Shown: positions 37,025 to 50,205, counted from the stretch's first letter. The stretch: 64,000 nt of DNA from Mustelus asterias (GCF_964213995.1 NC_135801.1:155248001-155312000); one strand, 5' to 3'. Translations and numbers: made by a program. The notes: generated from the sequence alone by a model not told the origin.

Positions 37025-38289
37025 TTGATATATTTAAGAGTGCTAATTGGTAAGTTAGATTAATGAAAATGGATTTATTATAAAAATCAGTATCAAACTG
37101 TGAGTAACTGCTGTCCTTACTTGGTCTGGCCTACATGTGACTCCAGAGCTACAGCAATGTGGTTGACTCTTAAATTCCCAAATAAATGCTGGCCCCGCCA
37201 GTGATGCCCACATTTCAAGAGCAAATAACTTTTTCATATTCTCCAAAGAGCTGTAAGATTATTTTGATAAACATATTTATTTGTTCAATGTACCTGGTAC
37301 TTTTTTTGCCCACTGAATTGATTTATGTTTTCTGTTTCCCAGGACAATGATGTCCCATACTGGGCAAGAATTCTTTAATATTTTGGTGTCCAATTTGAGT
37401 AACAAGCTCTTCCAGGTTGGGTTTAACCCAGGCCAGCTGCAGAAAAAAGTGTCTCGTTTTTTGAACTCTTACAATGTATCTTGAGCTCAGGCTCAGAACA
37501 GTACACGCGCTGAACCAGTACGGAAGGCTGTTGAGTGAAAGCACCAATTTGCTGATGATTTATACCAGATTCCGGACAGTTTTGTGTCACAGTCCTGTGA
37601 CCCTAGGATCAATACTGGGCAGTGCCTGCGGTATCAATGTGGCACACTTCCATGGTCACTGCTGAGTGCCGAGCCCTCTGATTTGTCTGATGTCAAGTCT
37701 GTCTTCAGGATTGGTGAAAGCAAGATTTTCATCTGAGACTGTTCAAATTTATTTCTGGTAGGTTCGTAGCAACTAGAAGCAGTAAATGAGACTGTCAGTT
37801 AGGGCCAAACTCAAACCCTGAGTGCTTCTGTTAAGTAAATAGAAATCAAAAGTCCTAAACTATATTTTCTACCTTTGCCACTGTATTTACTGCGGATTTT
37901 TTTTTCTGTAAGTTCTCTAGGTAATGCTGTTTTATTTTCTTGATCAGAATACCATATCTGGTGGCAGTTTCTATTGAATTCCAGATATTCTGGTTGAAAA
38001 GTCCCGTCCCGAGCCCTGAATAACAGGATTAAAATACTTCAACTCACTTCAGCTGGTTGAGAGAGGATTCTGTCAGTAGTTTGGGCTGAGTCTGGAACTT
38101 AAAGGACAAATGATGTAATCCACCATGCCATCCATTCCCCAGCCAACGATAATGAATGTTGAAAGAATGTTTATGCTAAGAGGGGTTAAAATGAAATTAT
38201 AAAACTTTTGATGCAGCAAGACAACGCCTCTTATTAAGAAAGGGCTGCCTGATAATACTTGCTGATTAAGATCTGCCTCACTTGACTGA

Positions 38290-39385
38290 GACCCAGACTC
38301 TCATCCCCGGGTCGTACGAAGAGTCAGGAGATTTCCCAGCTTGGAGAACACAATTATTAAAAATGTCGATGGTGAAGGGGGGCTGAAACAGGGCCAGGGC
38401 AGGCAACCCCAGAATGAATGTGTGCGCTGCCAGGTGTGGTAACGGGCTGGATGCAAGGCCTGCCTCTGTACCCCAGCATTGTGTTTAAATAACAGTAATA
38501 GAACAAAAAACACTTCCCCAGCCCTCACCTTGCAACCACCCACTGCCACATCCAAGCCAACCCATGCACCTTCATCTACCCTCCATGATGCCCACACTTC
38601 CTGTGCCAACTCAGTACCCCTTTTCATACCCTCATGGCCTCTGTGCCAGCTTAGAACAAAATGATGCCAATCCATGCCCCCCCCCACCCTTTGCCCTACC
38701 TCCTGCATGCCAAACAAACCTCGTATCATTGGATAGTTCCTTAACAGTTTTGACGCTTCCTGGATAGCTTTGACATATTTGACAGCTGGACAGTGCCTTA
38801 ACAGTTCATTGACAGCTGGACAATTTTTGACAGCTGGACAGCTGTTTAACATTTCCTGAACAGCTGGAAAATTCCTGAACAACTGATAGCCCCTTGAGAG
38901 CTGGACAGTTCATTGTCAGCTGGACAGCTCTTTGATAGCTTGACAATTTCAATGACTTTATGTGTAAAAGTTATATAATTATGTTCACTATTAACGATCT
39001 AAAAGGGTGCCTTACCTCTCTAAATGGTGTCTCAGGATCCTATCCAAAGGGCGAGCTTCCATCTCCAAAGGGTTATTATTATAATACTATATAATTATTA
39101 TGATAACCAAGATTGTTATAATAACCAGGGTTATTACCCTAGTTATCCAAACACATCCACCAAGTTCAGACCCCTTCTTACCTATTCCATTGTGCATATT
39201 CCAGAATACACACTCCTGTTTCCAAAATCTCACCTCACCGGAAGCAGCTGGTGATTTAAATAGTCAGCTGCCTCTGTGAATCCCACATGCACATACACCG
39301 GTCCGACTCCTGTCCCACCCCTCGGTGGGAAGATGGGAAGTGCCTGATTTGGGGACAGTGCTTAGAATTGTCAGCCATTTCTGGG
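38290..39385. mobile_element. Old non-autonomous DNA element with internal tandem array
   Basis: GC-rich ends resembling the other Harbinger-like elements; internal repeat 38740-38945. Confidence 0.4.
38740..38945. repeat. Degenerate tandem array of TTGACAGCTGGACAG-like units
   Basis: Three TGACAGCTG and six CAGCTG within about 150 bp. Confidence 0.75.
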
Positions 39386-39396
39386 ATTTTTATAAG

Positions 39397-39696
39397 GTTT
39401 TAAGTTTATTTATTAGTGTCACAAGTAAGCTTACATTAACACTGCAATGAAGTCATTGTGAAAATCCCCAAATCCCACACTCCGGCACCTGTTCGGGTAC
39501 ACTAAGGAGAATTTAGCAGGGCCAATTCACCTAACCAGCACACCTTTCAGACTGTGGGAAGAAAGTGGATCACCTGGAGGAAATCCACGGAGACGCGGGG
39601 AGAACATGCAGACTCCGCACAGACTGTGCCCCAAACCGGGAATCGAATCCGGGTCCCTGGCTTTGTAAGGCAGCTGTGCTAACCACTGTGCCACCC
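39397..39696 (-). mobile_element. Alternative-tail SINE
   Basis: Head, core and tail. Confidence 0.85.
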
Positions 39697-40954
39697 CAAC
39701 AGATCCAGGCCTTAGTGTTTTCTAAAGTCCTCGATCTAAAGGTAGAAGTCATTTAGTCTCTGTGGATGCCTGAAAGCAAATTGAAGTGCTCCTGCCGAGG
39801 AAAGTAAATCCAGAAGATTTTTATTAGACTAAGAGGTTGTAATGGTGACATTGTCTTCTGAATAATTTGGAAGGAAGTGTAGGACTAATCTAAATAGTGC
39901 AATTTCTGTATTTAAAGATGTGATTTGGTAACATTTTCAGTGGCCCTACATTGTCGGCATCCTCTAAACACAGCTATTTGCAAATTCTCATATTCTCCAT
40001 GTTGACACAATTACCTTTGTTATAAACTAACAAACCATTTACTATTGACATAAATATATTTCAGCCCATTATGCTCATCCCCAAGAACAGATCTCATATT
40101 TACTAATCACTTCAAAATATAAAAGGCATGGATTTCCCATCAGGACTTTTATTTGCATATTTTATTGTACATTAACCATCTGAAATTTGTCTGGGTTTCC
40201 TGAAACATAAACACAGCTAATTAAAAAAAAGATTAATTCTGGAGAATCATGCCATTAGAATCATTCCGAAACCAAATTATCTTATTTGATGCTATACCGA
40301 ACCCATAGAGACATAACTTAAACAATTGAATTCCCAGCAACCAACTTTTAATGCAACCCAAAATCCCACGTCACAGTTATAGATGATGCTTTCCCTTAAG
40401 TGTACACTTTATTGTCCAGTGATCAGTCCAAATTTAAACTCAGCATCTGGGAGCTTGCTTTCTTTCTCCTTTCTCATCTAGTTAACTGTTAATTCTCAAA
40501 CTGACTCTCAGGGTTATATTGGTATTTCCTTCACTCTAATCCAAGCTAGGCAAATCTTCCAGCCTCATGAAATCACTCTGTTCAATATTAGCATTCACAC
40601 ATGCTCTGTATGTTCACCAATTGAGTCAGCATTCCCTCTTCTTAAGGTGCAGGAAGATCTGCGTTTATCTCCTGCTCTCTACCTTCCAGGTGGTTGCAGA
40701 CTGTGAGTTTCAGGGATATCTCAGATAATCCTGAACCTGATACTACAGTGGTTTAAATGAACTTTTCCCCTCTCAAAGCTTATCTACATTGCAATGTGAA
40801 TCACATTGGCCTTGTATCCAGATATGTCAAATCGCTATCCTCTGGACGCATAATTATACAGATGCTCCCAATAAGCCCCACCCCACTGGAAGAAACAGCT
40901 TAGTAGGGAAGGGTTTCTGCTACATTCCTGATCCCACCATCTTAAACTTTTTTC

Positions 40955-41355
40955 TTTGATCTTTCATGAGAGCTGGGCATCGCTGGCAAGGCTATAATTT
41001 TTTTTCCCATCCCTAATTGCCGTTGAACTGGATGGTTAGTTAGGTAATTTCAGAGAGAAATTAAGAGTCAACCACCTTGCTGTGGATCTGGAGTCACATG
41101 TAAGCCAGACCAGGTAAGGATGACAGATTTCTTTCCCTGAACGGCATTAGGGAACCAGACTGGTTTTGACAAAAATTGATGATAGTTTTATGGTCACCAT
41201 TACTAAGACTAGTTTTCAATTCCAGATTTATTAACTAATTAAATTTAAATTCCAACCAGCTGCCATGGTGTGACCTGATCCCATGTTCTCAGAGTATTAG
41301 CCTGAGCCTTTGGGTTACTAGTTCAGTGACATTACCACTACACTACCATTTCCCG
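40955..41355 (-). mobile_element. SINE family B
   Basis: Reverse complement of the 828-1277 / 59432-59795 family. Confidence 0.75.
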
Positions 41356-42670
41356 TGAACTAAATTAGCAGCAATCAGACATATGTCATCCTTGGGACGA
41401 GCACGCCATTTTAAGCTGTGGGTTGATTAAGAGGAGCATAGTCCCTGAGCAGTTAACAGGGGCAACATGGCAGGCAGTGTCATGGCCACAAGAGGCCCAA
41501 GTTTTTTTTTACATGTGCCTTTTGGGGCCAGGAAGAAGTAATATTCTCTTTCCAGCTGAATGAGGATACTTTGGGGTTTCCTTGGGATTGCCCACATTAT
41601 TCTCCATTCCAATTTTTCCCATCACAAACCTTGCCAATTCCCACCTTTCTTCACTTTGCTGGGAACATCTCCATCAATCCCTGTCAGCAGCTTCATCATC
41701 TGAGATTTCCACCCCTGGCAATTGGTAATGAGGTCTTTCTCAGCAGCTTTTCCTGTGCAAGTGAGGCTTGGGGATTGAAGACTTCTGGGGGCCCCCAAAA
41801 GGTTTTTTCCCAGGAAGGAGCTAGAAAGAACTCTCGGAGTGAAGGGGATTAAAGCATACATGGGGAAGGCTGATCAGGCTGTTGAGTTGGATGATCAGCC
41901 ATAATTATAATGAATGGTGGCAAAGGCTCAAAGGGCCAAATGGCCTTCTCCTGCTCCTATTTCTATGTTTCTGTGTTTGGTCCTCATTCTAGAACAGAGC
42001 ACAACCTGTTTCAGCCCCATGATTCACGGCACAATTTAGCATTAGACCATATAGCTTTGCACAATTGGTCTCAGAGAGTTTGATTGTGATTCTAGTACAA
42101 AGGTAAAAAGCACTTAATTCACCAGCAATAACAACACTGGCTCTCAAGGGCACAGTTAGAAAACTTGTATTATTTGTATTCAACTTTGTTGAATTTTAAA
42201 CTTGTTAATGTCGGAATTGCTGAACAAAAATTGATAATGTCCATCAAGTTTGCTTTCTACTATTCTTAGTCTTAAGATACAATGGAGAGTGATGTAGTCT
42301 ATTAATTAGTCTACTATTGTAATTAGTCTACTAATTAATTAGTCTACAATAGACCCAGACGTGAAACAAAGGATGGTGGCAGAGAGATTTGGGAACCATA
42401 GGTTCAAAGTCAACTTGTTCCTCACAACTGTGTCACATTTATATGTTCTATATCTAACTGAGCATACACTGTATCCAAAACATGCTATTTCTGAAAGAAA
42501 TCTATCTAGTTTGCATTTGAATGAATCATTTCAACTGTTTTCATCAGCTCCCTTAGGATTTTGTTGCGTGAATTGACCACTCCATTGAGGCACCGTTTTG
42601 AATTTGAACTTGTCTTCCTTTAACCACAGGCCATGTCTTCTGGTTCTGGTGTTCAGGACAAGGCATCATA

Positions 42671-42886
42671 GTTTTTTTTAAATTTATTCCATTCTTAGAC
42701 ACAGAGCCAATGAGCAGAGTGGATGGGGCAAGCCCAAATCCATCTCCTTGCTTGCTCCAAAAACCAATTCAAATTGAATCCAATTCATGGTCCCCACAAA
42801 AGAGACAAACAAGATCCAAGCTGACAAGATAAGGCATTGCACCCCATCTTTGGCTTGATCTGACACTTGATCTTAGCCAAAAGGCC
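42671..42886 (-). mobile_element. U2 snRNA-headed short structured retroelement (copy 3)
   Basis: 42863-42886 reverse complement = GGCCTTTTGGCTAAGATCAAGTGT (U2 nt 11-34); hairpin module 42813-42860; ends AATAAATTT-A8 on the minus strand. Confidence 0.7.
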
Positions 42887-43231
42887 AGTAATCTACGTTA
42901 CTGAGTCAATTTAGAATTTAAAAAAGCAGCAGTGATGATCTTAATGCTGGAACAAACACATTTCAATATCACATTAAAGTGATATGTCCTGTAAAATGAT
43001 ATATCACAATTGCAGAATAATACGTGTGTCTGAAACATTCTCCTGACCATTGCGGGAATGTAAAGCAGAAATTTGTATTTACAAGTAGAACGTCTGAACT
43101 GGAGAACAAAAGATGTAGCAGAAATGCAGAATTGTCAGCATTTAGATGATCGAAGATGTGTTTTAAAGCAGCTATTGTGTAAGTCATATCTTCACATGTG
43201 TTTTTATGTACAAAATATCCGAGGGTGCAGC

Positions 43232-43491
43232 TTGTAAGGGAGATTGTGTGGAGGAAGCTTTTCATGTAGAGAATGGTGTGTGGCTGGAACATGCTGCCAG
43301 AGGAGGTGGTGGAAGCAGGCACATTAGCAACATTTAAGAGGCATCTGGATGGGTACATGAATAGGGAGAGAATAGAGGGATACGGTCTGAGTAAAGGCAG
43401 AGGTTTTCTTTTTAGTTTAGTTCGGGCGTCATGATCGGCACAGGCTTGGAGGCTGAAGGACCTGTTCCTGTGCTGTTCTTTTCTTTGTTCT
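43232..43491 (+). mobile_element. CR1 3' tail
   Basis: Closely similar to 24650-24908. Confidence 0.88.
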
Positions 43492-45492
43492 TTATAACGT
43501 TTGGAACTTCTCTGAAAGAAGGAGCAACTTGTAAAATTCTCATCATATCCCCATGAAGCACACCACATTTGATGGAAGGATTCTATGGAACAGCCTTCAA
43601 TTTGAAAGAGTTTTTTGGGAAAATAACCCACCAAGTTCTTTGGAACAATATCACATAATACGTAGGTATCTTTGCACAGAATGTGATACAGTTGTTCTGT
43701 GAAGAGCTTAAGAGCCAACACAATGAGTCACACTGAGTCAGCAGAGCACTTTCTGGGTGTACTGAAAACTTGCAATCTTCTTGCAGTAAATACGTTTGCG
43801 CTTAGGTCCAGCTTTGAGAGAAATCTGAGCATGATGAGACTGCTGGTGCGTGTTTGTTTCACATTCATGAAATTGACTCGAAATTGCTGAGCAGACCAAT
43901 GTAGGAAGAGACTTGTATTGAAGCAAACCATCTCCGCCTATATACTTCAAATATCTGCAGAGATATAATTCCCATATTCCTCCAGCAGAATGGATTCAGA
44001 AAAAAACATTTCTGCAATCGAGTAGATGACTTGGCTTTAGGGCTGACGTTTGTCATCATTATAGTAATATCTTTGGAGTCATCTGCTCAGGCACTAGCAA
44101 AGAAAGTCAAGGTTTAATTCAGTCAGTGCTTTATGAATCAGAACAGCAAGAAATGATTCATGATTGAAATCAATGCAATGATAATACTTTATGCTTGTAA
44201 AGTAGCTCCTTCACCCGGGAAAAGCAATGAGCGATGTAACCTTATAACTACAAAACGATTGGTTACAGTCTCAAAGGACGAGCTGGAAGGGAGGCCCCAT
44301 CAGTCCCCGTACATCTGTCGCTGTCATTTTTGTCAAGATTGCAATCATGTTATTCTGAAATTAGTTGTCCTCCAGTTGAGTATAATAATCAAACTCCTCC
44401 TTTTTCCCAAACATGCCTTCTCCTGCTTAGATCATGAAGGGCAAAGAGCTTTTATTTTGTGATCAGCCCATGCAGCCTAACAGAAGGCCATGTTCAATGT
44501 CTAGTTGGCCAATGTGGAGGCCAGCATAGTCCTAAATTACTAAAAGTAGCAAATGCCATGTTGGATTCTCACTCTCAGGAATCAGTTGACTTCAGTGATG
44601 TGGGCTCAGGGACTAAAAATCTACCACATTTCCAATTAATCTCACTTTGGATGAAAGGCTAAAGGGATGCCTGTGGAGACTTGGTTCAGAGTATGATGGA
44701 AAAGCCCAGCACATCAGTGCAAAAGATAAGACTGAAGCATTCGCAATAATCTTCAGCCAGAAGTGCCGAGCAGATGATCCTTCTCAGTCTCCACCGGAGG
44801 TCCGAAGCATCACAGATTTTAGTCTTCAGTCAATTCGTTTCACACCACATGATAGCAAGAAATGGTTGAAGGCACTGGATACTGCAAAGAGTATGTGTAG
44901 GCCCTGATAATATTCTGGCAATAATAGTGAAGACTTGTGCTCGAGGACTTGCAGTGCCCCGAGCTAAGCTGTTTCAATGCAACTACAAACTGACATATAC
45001 CTGGCAATGTGGAAAACTACAGGTATATCCTGTACACAGAAAGGAGGACAAATCCAACCTGGTTAATTACCGCCCCTTCAGTCTACGCTCGATCATCAGT
45101 GAAGTGATAGAAGAGGGTATCAAGCTATCAAGCGGCACTTGCTTAGCAATAACCTACTCATTGATGCTCAGTTTGGGTTCTGCAAGGGCTACTCAGCTCC
45201 TGACCTCATTACAGCCTTGGTTCAAACATGGACAAAAGAGCTGAATGCCAGAAGTGAGGTGAGAGTGACTGCTCTTGACATCAAGTCAGCATTTGACCAG
45301 TTATAACCCGAACAAAACTTGAGTCAATGGGAATCAGGGAGAAATGTTTCTACTGATTGCAATCATACCTGGCATGAAGGAAGATGGTTGTGATTGTTGG
45401 AGGTCAATCATCTTAGCTTCAGGACATCGCTGCAGGATATTCCTCAAGGCAGTGTCCTAGACCCAACCATCTTCAGCTGCTTCATAAGTGAA

Positions 45493-46120
45493 CCATAAAA
45501 ATCATAAGAACTAAGGAGTAGGCAATTTAGCCCTTGAGCCTGCTCCACCATTTAATACAATCATGGCTGATCTGATCTCAGCCTCAACTCCACTTTCCTG
45601 CCCATTCACCATAGCCCTTTAGACCCTTACTAATTAAAAATCTGTCCACCTCTTAAATTTACTCAAAGTCCCAGCATCCACCACACTCTGGGATCGTGAA
45701 TTCCACAGTCTCTCGACCCCTTGAGAGAAGTAATTTCTCCTCATCTTTGTTTTAAATCTGCTACGGCTTATGCTAAAATGATGACCTCTTGTTCTAGATT
45801 GCCCTTCCAAGAGGAAACATCTTCTCCATGTCTTCTTTGTCAATCTCCCTCATCTTCCTGTACACATCAATTAGATCTCCTCTCATTCTTCAGGAAGTAT
45901 AGGCCTAAACTGCCCAATCTCTCTTCATAAGACAAACCCCTCATCTCTGGAGTCAATCTAGTGAACCTCCTCTGAACTGCCTCCAATGCAATTACATCCC
46001 TCCTCAAGTAAGGGGACCGAAACTGTACACGATATTGCAAGTGCTTTGTACAGTTGTAGCAATACTACTTTTATGTTCTATTCCTTCAGCAATAAATGCC
46101 AAGATTCCATTTGCATTCCT
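45493..46120 (-). mobile_element. CR1 3' fragment
   Basis: RTRGHHF..RFKTKMRRNYFSQGVERLWNS. Confidence 0.88.
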
Positions 46121-46474
46121 TCCACCATAAGGTCAGAAATGGAGATGTTTGCTGAAGATTGAACAATGTTCAGCACCATTCGTGACTTCTCAGATAGAGC
46201 AACAAGATCCAGGTTTGAGCTGACAAGTGGCAAATAAAATTTGTGCCTCACAAGTGTCAGACAATGACCATCTCTAACAAGAGAGAAACTAACCATCTCC
46301 CCTTGATAGCATGACCATTGTTGAATTCCCCACTATCAGCATCCAGGGGGTTGACCAGGAACGGAATTGGATTAGCCATATGGACACTGTGGCTACAAGA
46401 GCAGGTCAGAGACTAGGAATCCTGTGCCGAGTAACTCATGTCCTGACTTCCCAAAGCCTATCCACCATCTACAA

Positions 46475-47584
46475 AGAGCAAAACAAAGAACAAAGAAAAT
46501 TGCAGCACAGGAACAGGCCCTTCGGCCCTCCAAGCCTGCACAGACCATGCTTCCCATCTGAACTACACCCCCTATCCTTCTGGGGACCATATCCCTCTAT
46601 TCCCATCCTATTCATGTATTTGTCCAGAAGCCCCTTAAAAGCTACTACCGTGTCTGTTTCCACTACCTCCCCCGGCAACGAGTTCCAGGCACCCACCACC
46701 CTCTGTGTAAAAAACTTCCCTCGTACATCTCCTTTAAACCTTGTCCCTCGCACCTTAAACCTGTGCCCCCTAGTAATTGACTCTTCCACGCTGGGGAAAA
46801 GCTTCTGACTATCCACTCTGTCCATGCCTCTCATAATCTTGTAGGCTTCTATCAGGTCGCCCCTCAACCTCCATCGTCCCAGTGAAAACAAACCAAGTTT
46901 CTCCAACCTTTCCTCATAGCTAATGCCTTCCATACCAGGCAACATCCTGGTAAATCTTTTCTGTACCCTCTCCAAATCCTTCACATCCTTCTGGTGGTGT
47001 GGCGACCAGAATTGAACATTATACTCCAAGTGCGACCTAATAAAGTTCTATAAAGCTGCCATGACTTGCCAATTTTTAAACTCAGTGCCCCGGCCAATGA
47101 AGGCAAGCATGCTGTATGCCTTCTTGACTACCTTCTCCACCTGTGTTGCCACTTTCAGTGACCTGTGTACCTGTACACCCAGATCCCTTGGCCTATCAAT
47201 ACTCTTAAGAGTTCTGCCATTCACTGTATACTTCCCATCTGTATTAGATGGGAAATATACGGTAAAATGGCAGAAATGTATAACCTTACATTTGTCCAGA
47301 TTATACTCCATCTGCCATCTCTCCGCCCTAGTCTCCAACCGATCTATATCCTGCTGTATCCTCTGATAGTCTTCATCGCTATCCGCAATTCCACCAACCT
47401 TTGTGTCATCCGCAAACTTACTAATCGAACCAGTTACATTTTCCTCCAAATCATTTATATATATTACAAACAGCAAAGGTCCCAGCACTGATCCCTGAGG
47501 AATGCCACTAGTCATGGCCCTCCATTCAGAAAGACACCCTTCCACTGCTACCCTCTGTCTTCTATGACTGAGCCAGTTCTGTAT
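46475..47584 (-). mobile_element. Young CR1, 1.1-kb 3' part with RT
   Basis: SGIPQGSVLGPLLFVIYINDL..SKFADDTK; TSD CCATCTACAA (46465-46474, 47585-47594). Confidence 0.95.
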
Positions 47585-47849
47585 CCATCTACAAGGCGCA
47601 AGTCAGGAGGATGATGGAATACTCTCCCTTTTCCTGGATGAGTATAGCAATCATGTGACTTTATTATCTGGGCAAAAATGGCAGCTAATAAAATCCACCA
47701 CACCCCACAATGCTGGGACGGATGGTTGGTTAGTTTGTCCTTAGGTGGCACTGGCTAGAGAGAGAATTTACCAATGTGTTTCCACTCGCCTGGGAATCAC
47801 ATTCAACGCTTCAACATTTGACAGCAATGTAGCGAAAACAGACCTGAGA

Positions 47850-48168
47850 CACAGTATCACAGTGGTCAGCACTGCTCCCTCACAGCGCCAGGGACCCGGG
47901 TCCAAATATGACCTTGGGGGACTGTGTGGAGTTTGCACATTCTCCCCGTGTCTGGGTGGGTTTCCTCTGGGTGCTCCGGTTTCCTCCCACACTCCAAAGG
48001 TGTGCAGGTTAGGTTGATTGGCCATGCTACATTGCCCCTTAGTGTTAGGGGAATTAGCAGGGTAAATGTGTGAGGTTACAGGAATGGGGCCTGGGTGGGA
48101 TTGTTGTCAGTGCAGGCTCAATGGGCCAAATCGCCTCCTTCGGCACTGTACAGATTCTATGATTCTAT
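47850..48168 (+). mobile_element. HE1-type SINE
   Basis: Head, core and tail. Confidence 0.88.
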
Positions 48169-49057
48169 AAATGAGAAATCTGGTTTTAGATAAGTGGATC
48201 AGACAGAGGAGCTGTTGAAAAGGAAAAGTTGTTCAATGATATTTAAATTCCCCACTCCTCTTTCAATTCATTACAATCAGCAATTTAAGATAAAAGCCTT
48301 CTTCTGCAAACAACAGCCGCTTATTTAAAAGCTCTCTGTAAATGATTAATTTGAGATGTTGCAAGTGAGAAACAAGGGATGGAAGATCTGTATCAGGTTT
48401 GTAAGTCCATGTGATTCTGTTTTGTTTTAAATGAGAAGTCTGGATGAAAGTCAACAACAGCTTGCACTTATATAAGCACCTTCATTGCAATAAAATTTCC
48501 CAAAACGTTTTGTGAACTGAGTGATTGTAGCTCATAGTGCAGGACACCATGAAGCTTGAAAAGAGTAGAAAACATAAATCAAGTATTCTCGCTGACTACT
48601 AGCCTGAAGTTAGTTAAGTGTAGAACTTCAGGCAGATTGTACATTTCACTATAATTAAGATCAATATCCAGTCTGCACACATACAATTAGGATTTCTATC
48701 CTTCATACGACAATCCCCCACATTACGGCATTCAACCAACAGATTTGCTGGCTTTAGGCAAAAATTTATATTACTTTCCATGCACATGGCCACAAGGCTG
48801 ACTGCATAAGTCCGAATGCTTTACATTGTGTTTTTATTATCTTTCTCGGGCTAAGCGATTAATAAATTTGCTCTTTCTTTGACTCAAGACAACCTTGTTT
48901 TATTGACCCCCTCATTGCTTAAATAGCTGAATACATTCTGATTTGGAAAAGGCATTGCCTTGTGAAAAATAAACTTTTAAACGTTGGTTGTGACCAACCA
49001 AGGAGGTTGAAAAGAGAGCAGTCGGTTCACCCCCTTCTCACCTGATCATCGGAAAAT

Positions 49058-49075
49058 TGGGGCCTTGTCCATGAT
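49058..49075 (+). promoter_or_regulatory. Primer-binding site complementary to the tRNA-Pro 3' end
   Basis: TGGGGCCTTGTCCATGAT matches TGGGGGCTCGTCCGGGAT at 14/18 positions and lies just upstream of gag. Confidence 0.6.
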
Positions 49076-49560
49076 TGTTCCCACGGTGTGGAAAAAGAAT
49101 TGGAATGGGGCAAGTAAATTGTTCCTTTAAAAACAATTTAAAAACTGCAAAAGATTTTCTTGAATCTGGAATACTAAAGTGCCAAAATGTCCACATTCAA
49201 TATCAATGCCCTTGGCATTGGGAGGGAGTAGCTCGGAACTTTGATGTGAGGTTCTGCCTGAAAGTCAGATAAATTGAGGTCACTGAAACAGAGAAATTAA
49301 GATTGGAGCAGGGGAAATTGGAGCTGGAATTTGAACAAAGGGAGAGAGGGAGATAAAGGAGAGGGAGAGAGAGAGAGAGGCAGGAAAATGTAAAAGGGAG
49401 AGAGAGGTAGCAATGAAAGGAGGAGAAAGTAAAGGGAAAGAGCAAAGGAAAGGAAGTTTAAGTTAAAGCAGCTCAAGCTGAGGAGAAAGGATCTCATTGT
49501 GCCCATTGAAGACAGGCTGGTGCGGGAACTACCACCACCTCATCCGTCAGGGCTGAGGTT

Positions 49561-49875
49561 TAGAATCATAGAATCCTACAGTGCAGAAGGAAGCCATTCG
49601 GCCCATCAAGTCTGCACCGACCACAATCCCACCCAGCCCCTATCCCCATAACCCCATGCATTTACCCCAGCTAGTACCCCTGACACTAATGGGCAATTTA
49701 GCATGGCCGATCTAAACGTAATAACCCGCGCATCTTTGGACTGTGGAAGTGAACCAGAGCACCCGGAGGAAACCCACGCAGACATGGGGACACACACAGT
49801 GTCCCAAGCTGGGAATCGAACCCAGGTCCCTGGAGCTGTGACGCAACAGTGCTAACCACTGTGCCACTGTGCCAC
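49561..49875 (-). mobile_element. HE1-type SINE inserted in gag
   Basis: Head, core and tail. Confidence 0.88.
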
Positions 49876-49879
49876 ACCT

Positions 49880-50205
49880 CTTCATTTTGCCTCAAGTTTG
49901 CCCATTTAATCTATAAATTTGGTGAAGGAGAGGTGGACATCTCCTTTATCTCTTCCAAAATGTTAGTGCAGCAGTTAATGTGCTCAGTCCAACACTGGTC
50001 TCTGTTGCTGCAGAGTAAGCTGACAGGAAAAGCTCATGAGGTTTACGCTCTCTTGCCTGAGGAAAGTGCTACAAGCTATCAGGCAGCAAAAAGGACTGTT
50101 TTAAATGTGTACCAGTTAGTGTTGGAAGCGTACTGTCAGAAATCCCATACCCTCAGGAAATGGCCTGATCAGATGTACCTGGAATTTGAATGGCTTAAGC
50201 AGCTC
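49880..50205 (+). pseudogene. Gypsy gag (SCAN-related capsid) remnant
   Basis: HWSLLLQSKLTGKAHEVYALLPEESATSYQAAKRTVLNVYQLVLEAYCQK. Confidence 0.75.

Larger units (their letters stand above)
44690..47650 (+). mobile_element. LINE family B ORF2 (RT) fragment, interrupted by two antisense CR1s
   Basis: Segments 44690-45490, 46120-46474 and 47595-47650; DKSNLVNYRPFSL and DLITALVQTWTKELNA..VTALDIKSAFD motifs. Confidence 0.85.

Noticed and set aside
38301-38882. 193-aa ORF with CPAV repeats
   Set aside because: Product of the tandem array inside a non-autonomous element.
42863-42886. Functional U2 snRNA gene
   Set aside because: Only nt 11-34 match; the rest of U2, including the Sm site, is absent.
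42969-43721. 250-aa minus-strand ORF, the longest in the track
   Set aside because: Reads through an antisense CR1 tail (43232-43491); no recognisable domain or splice context.
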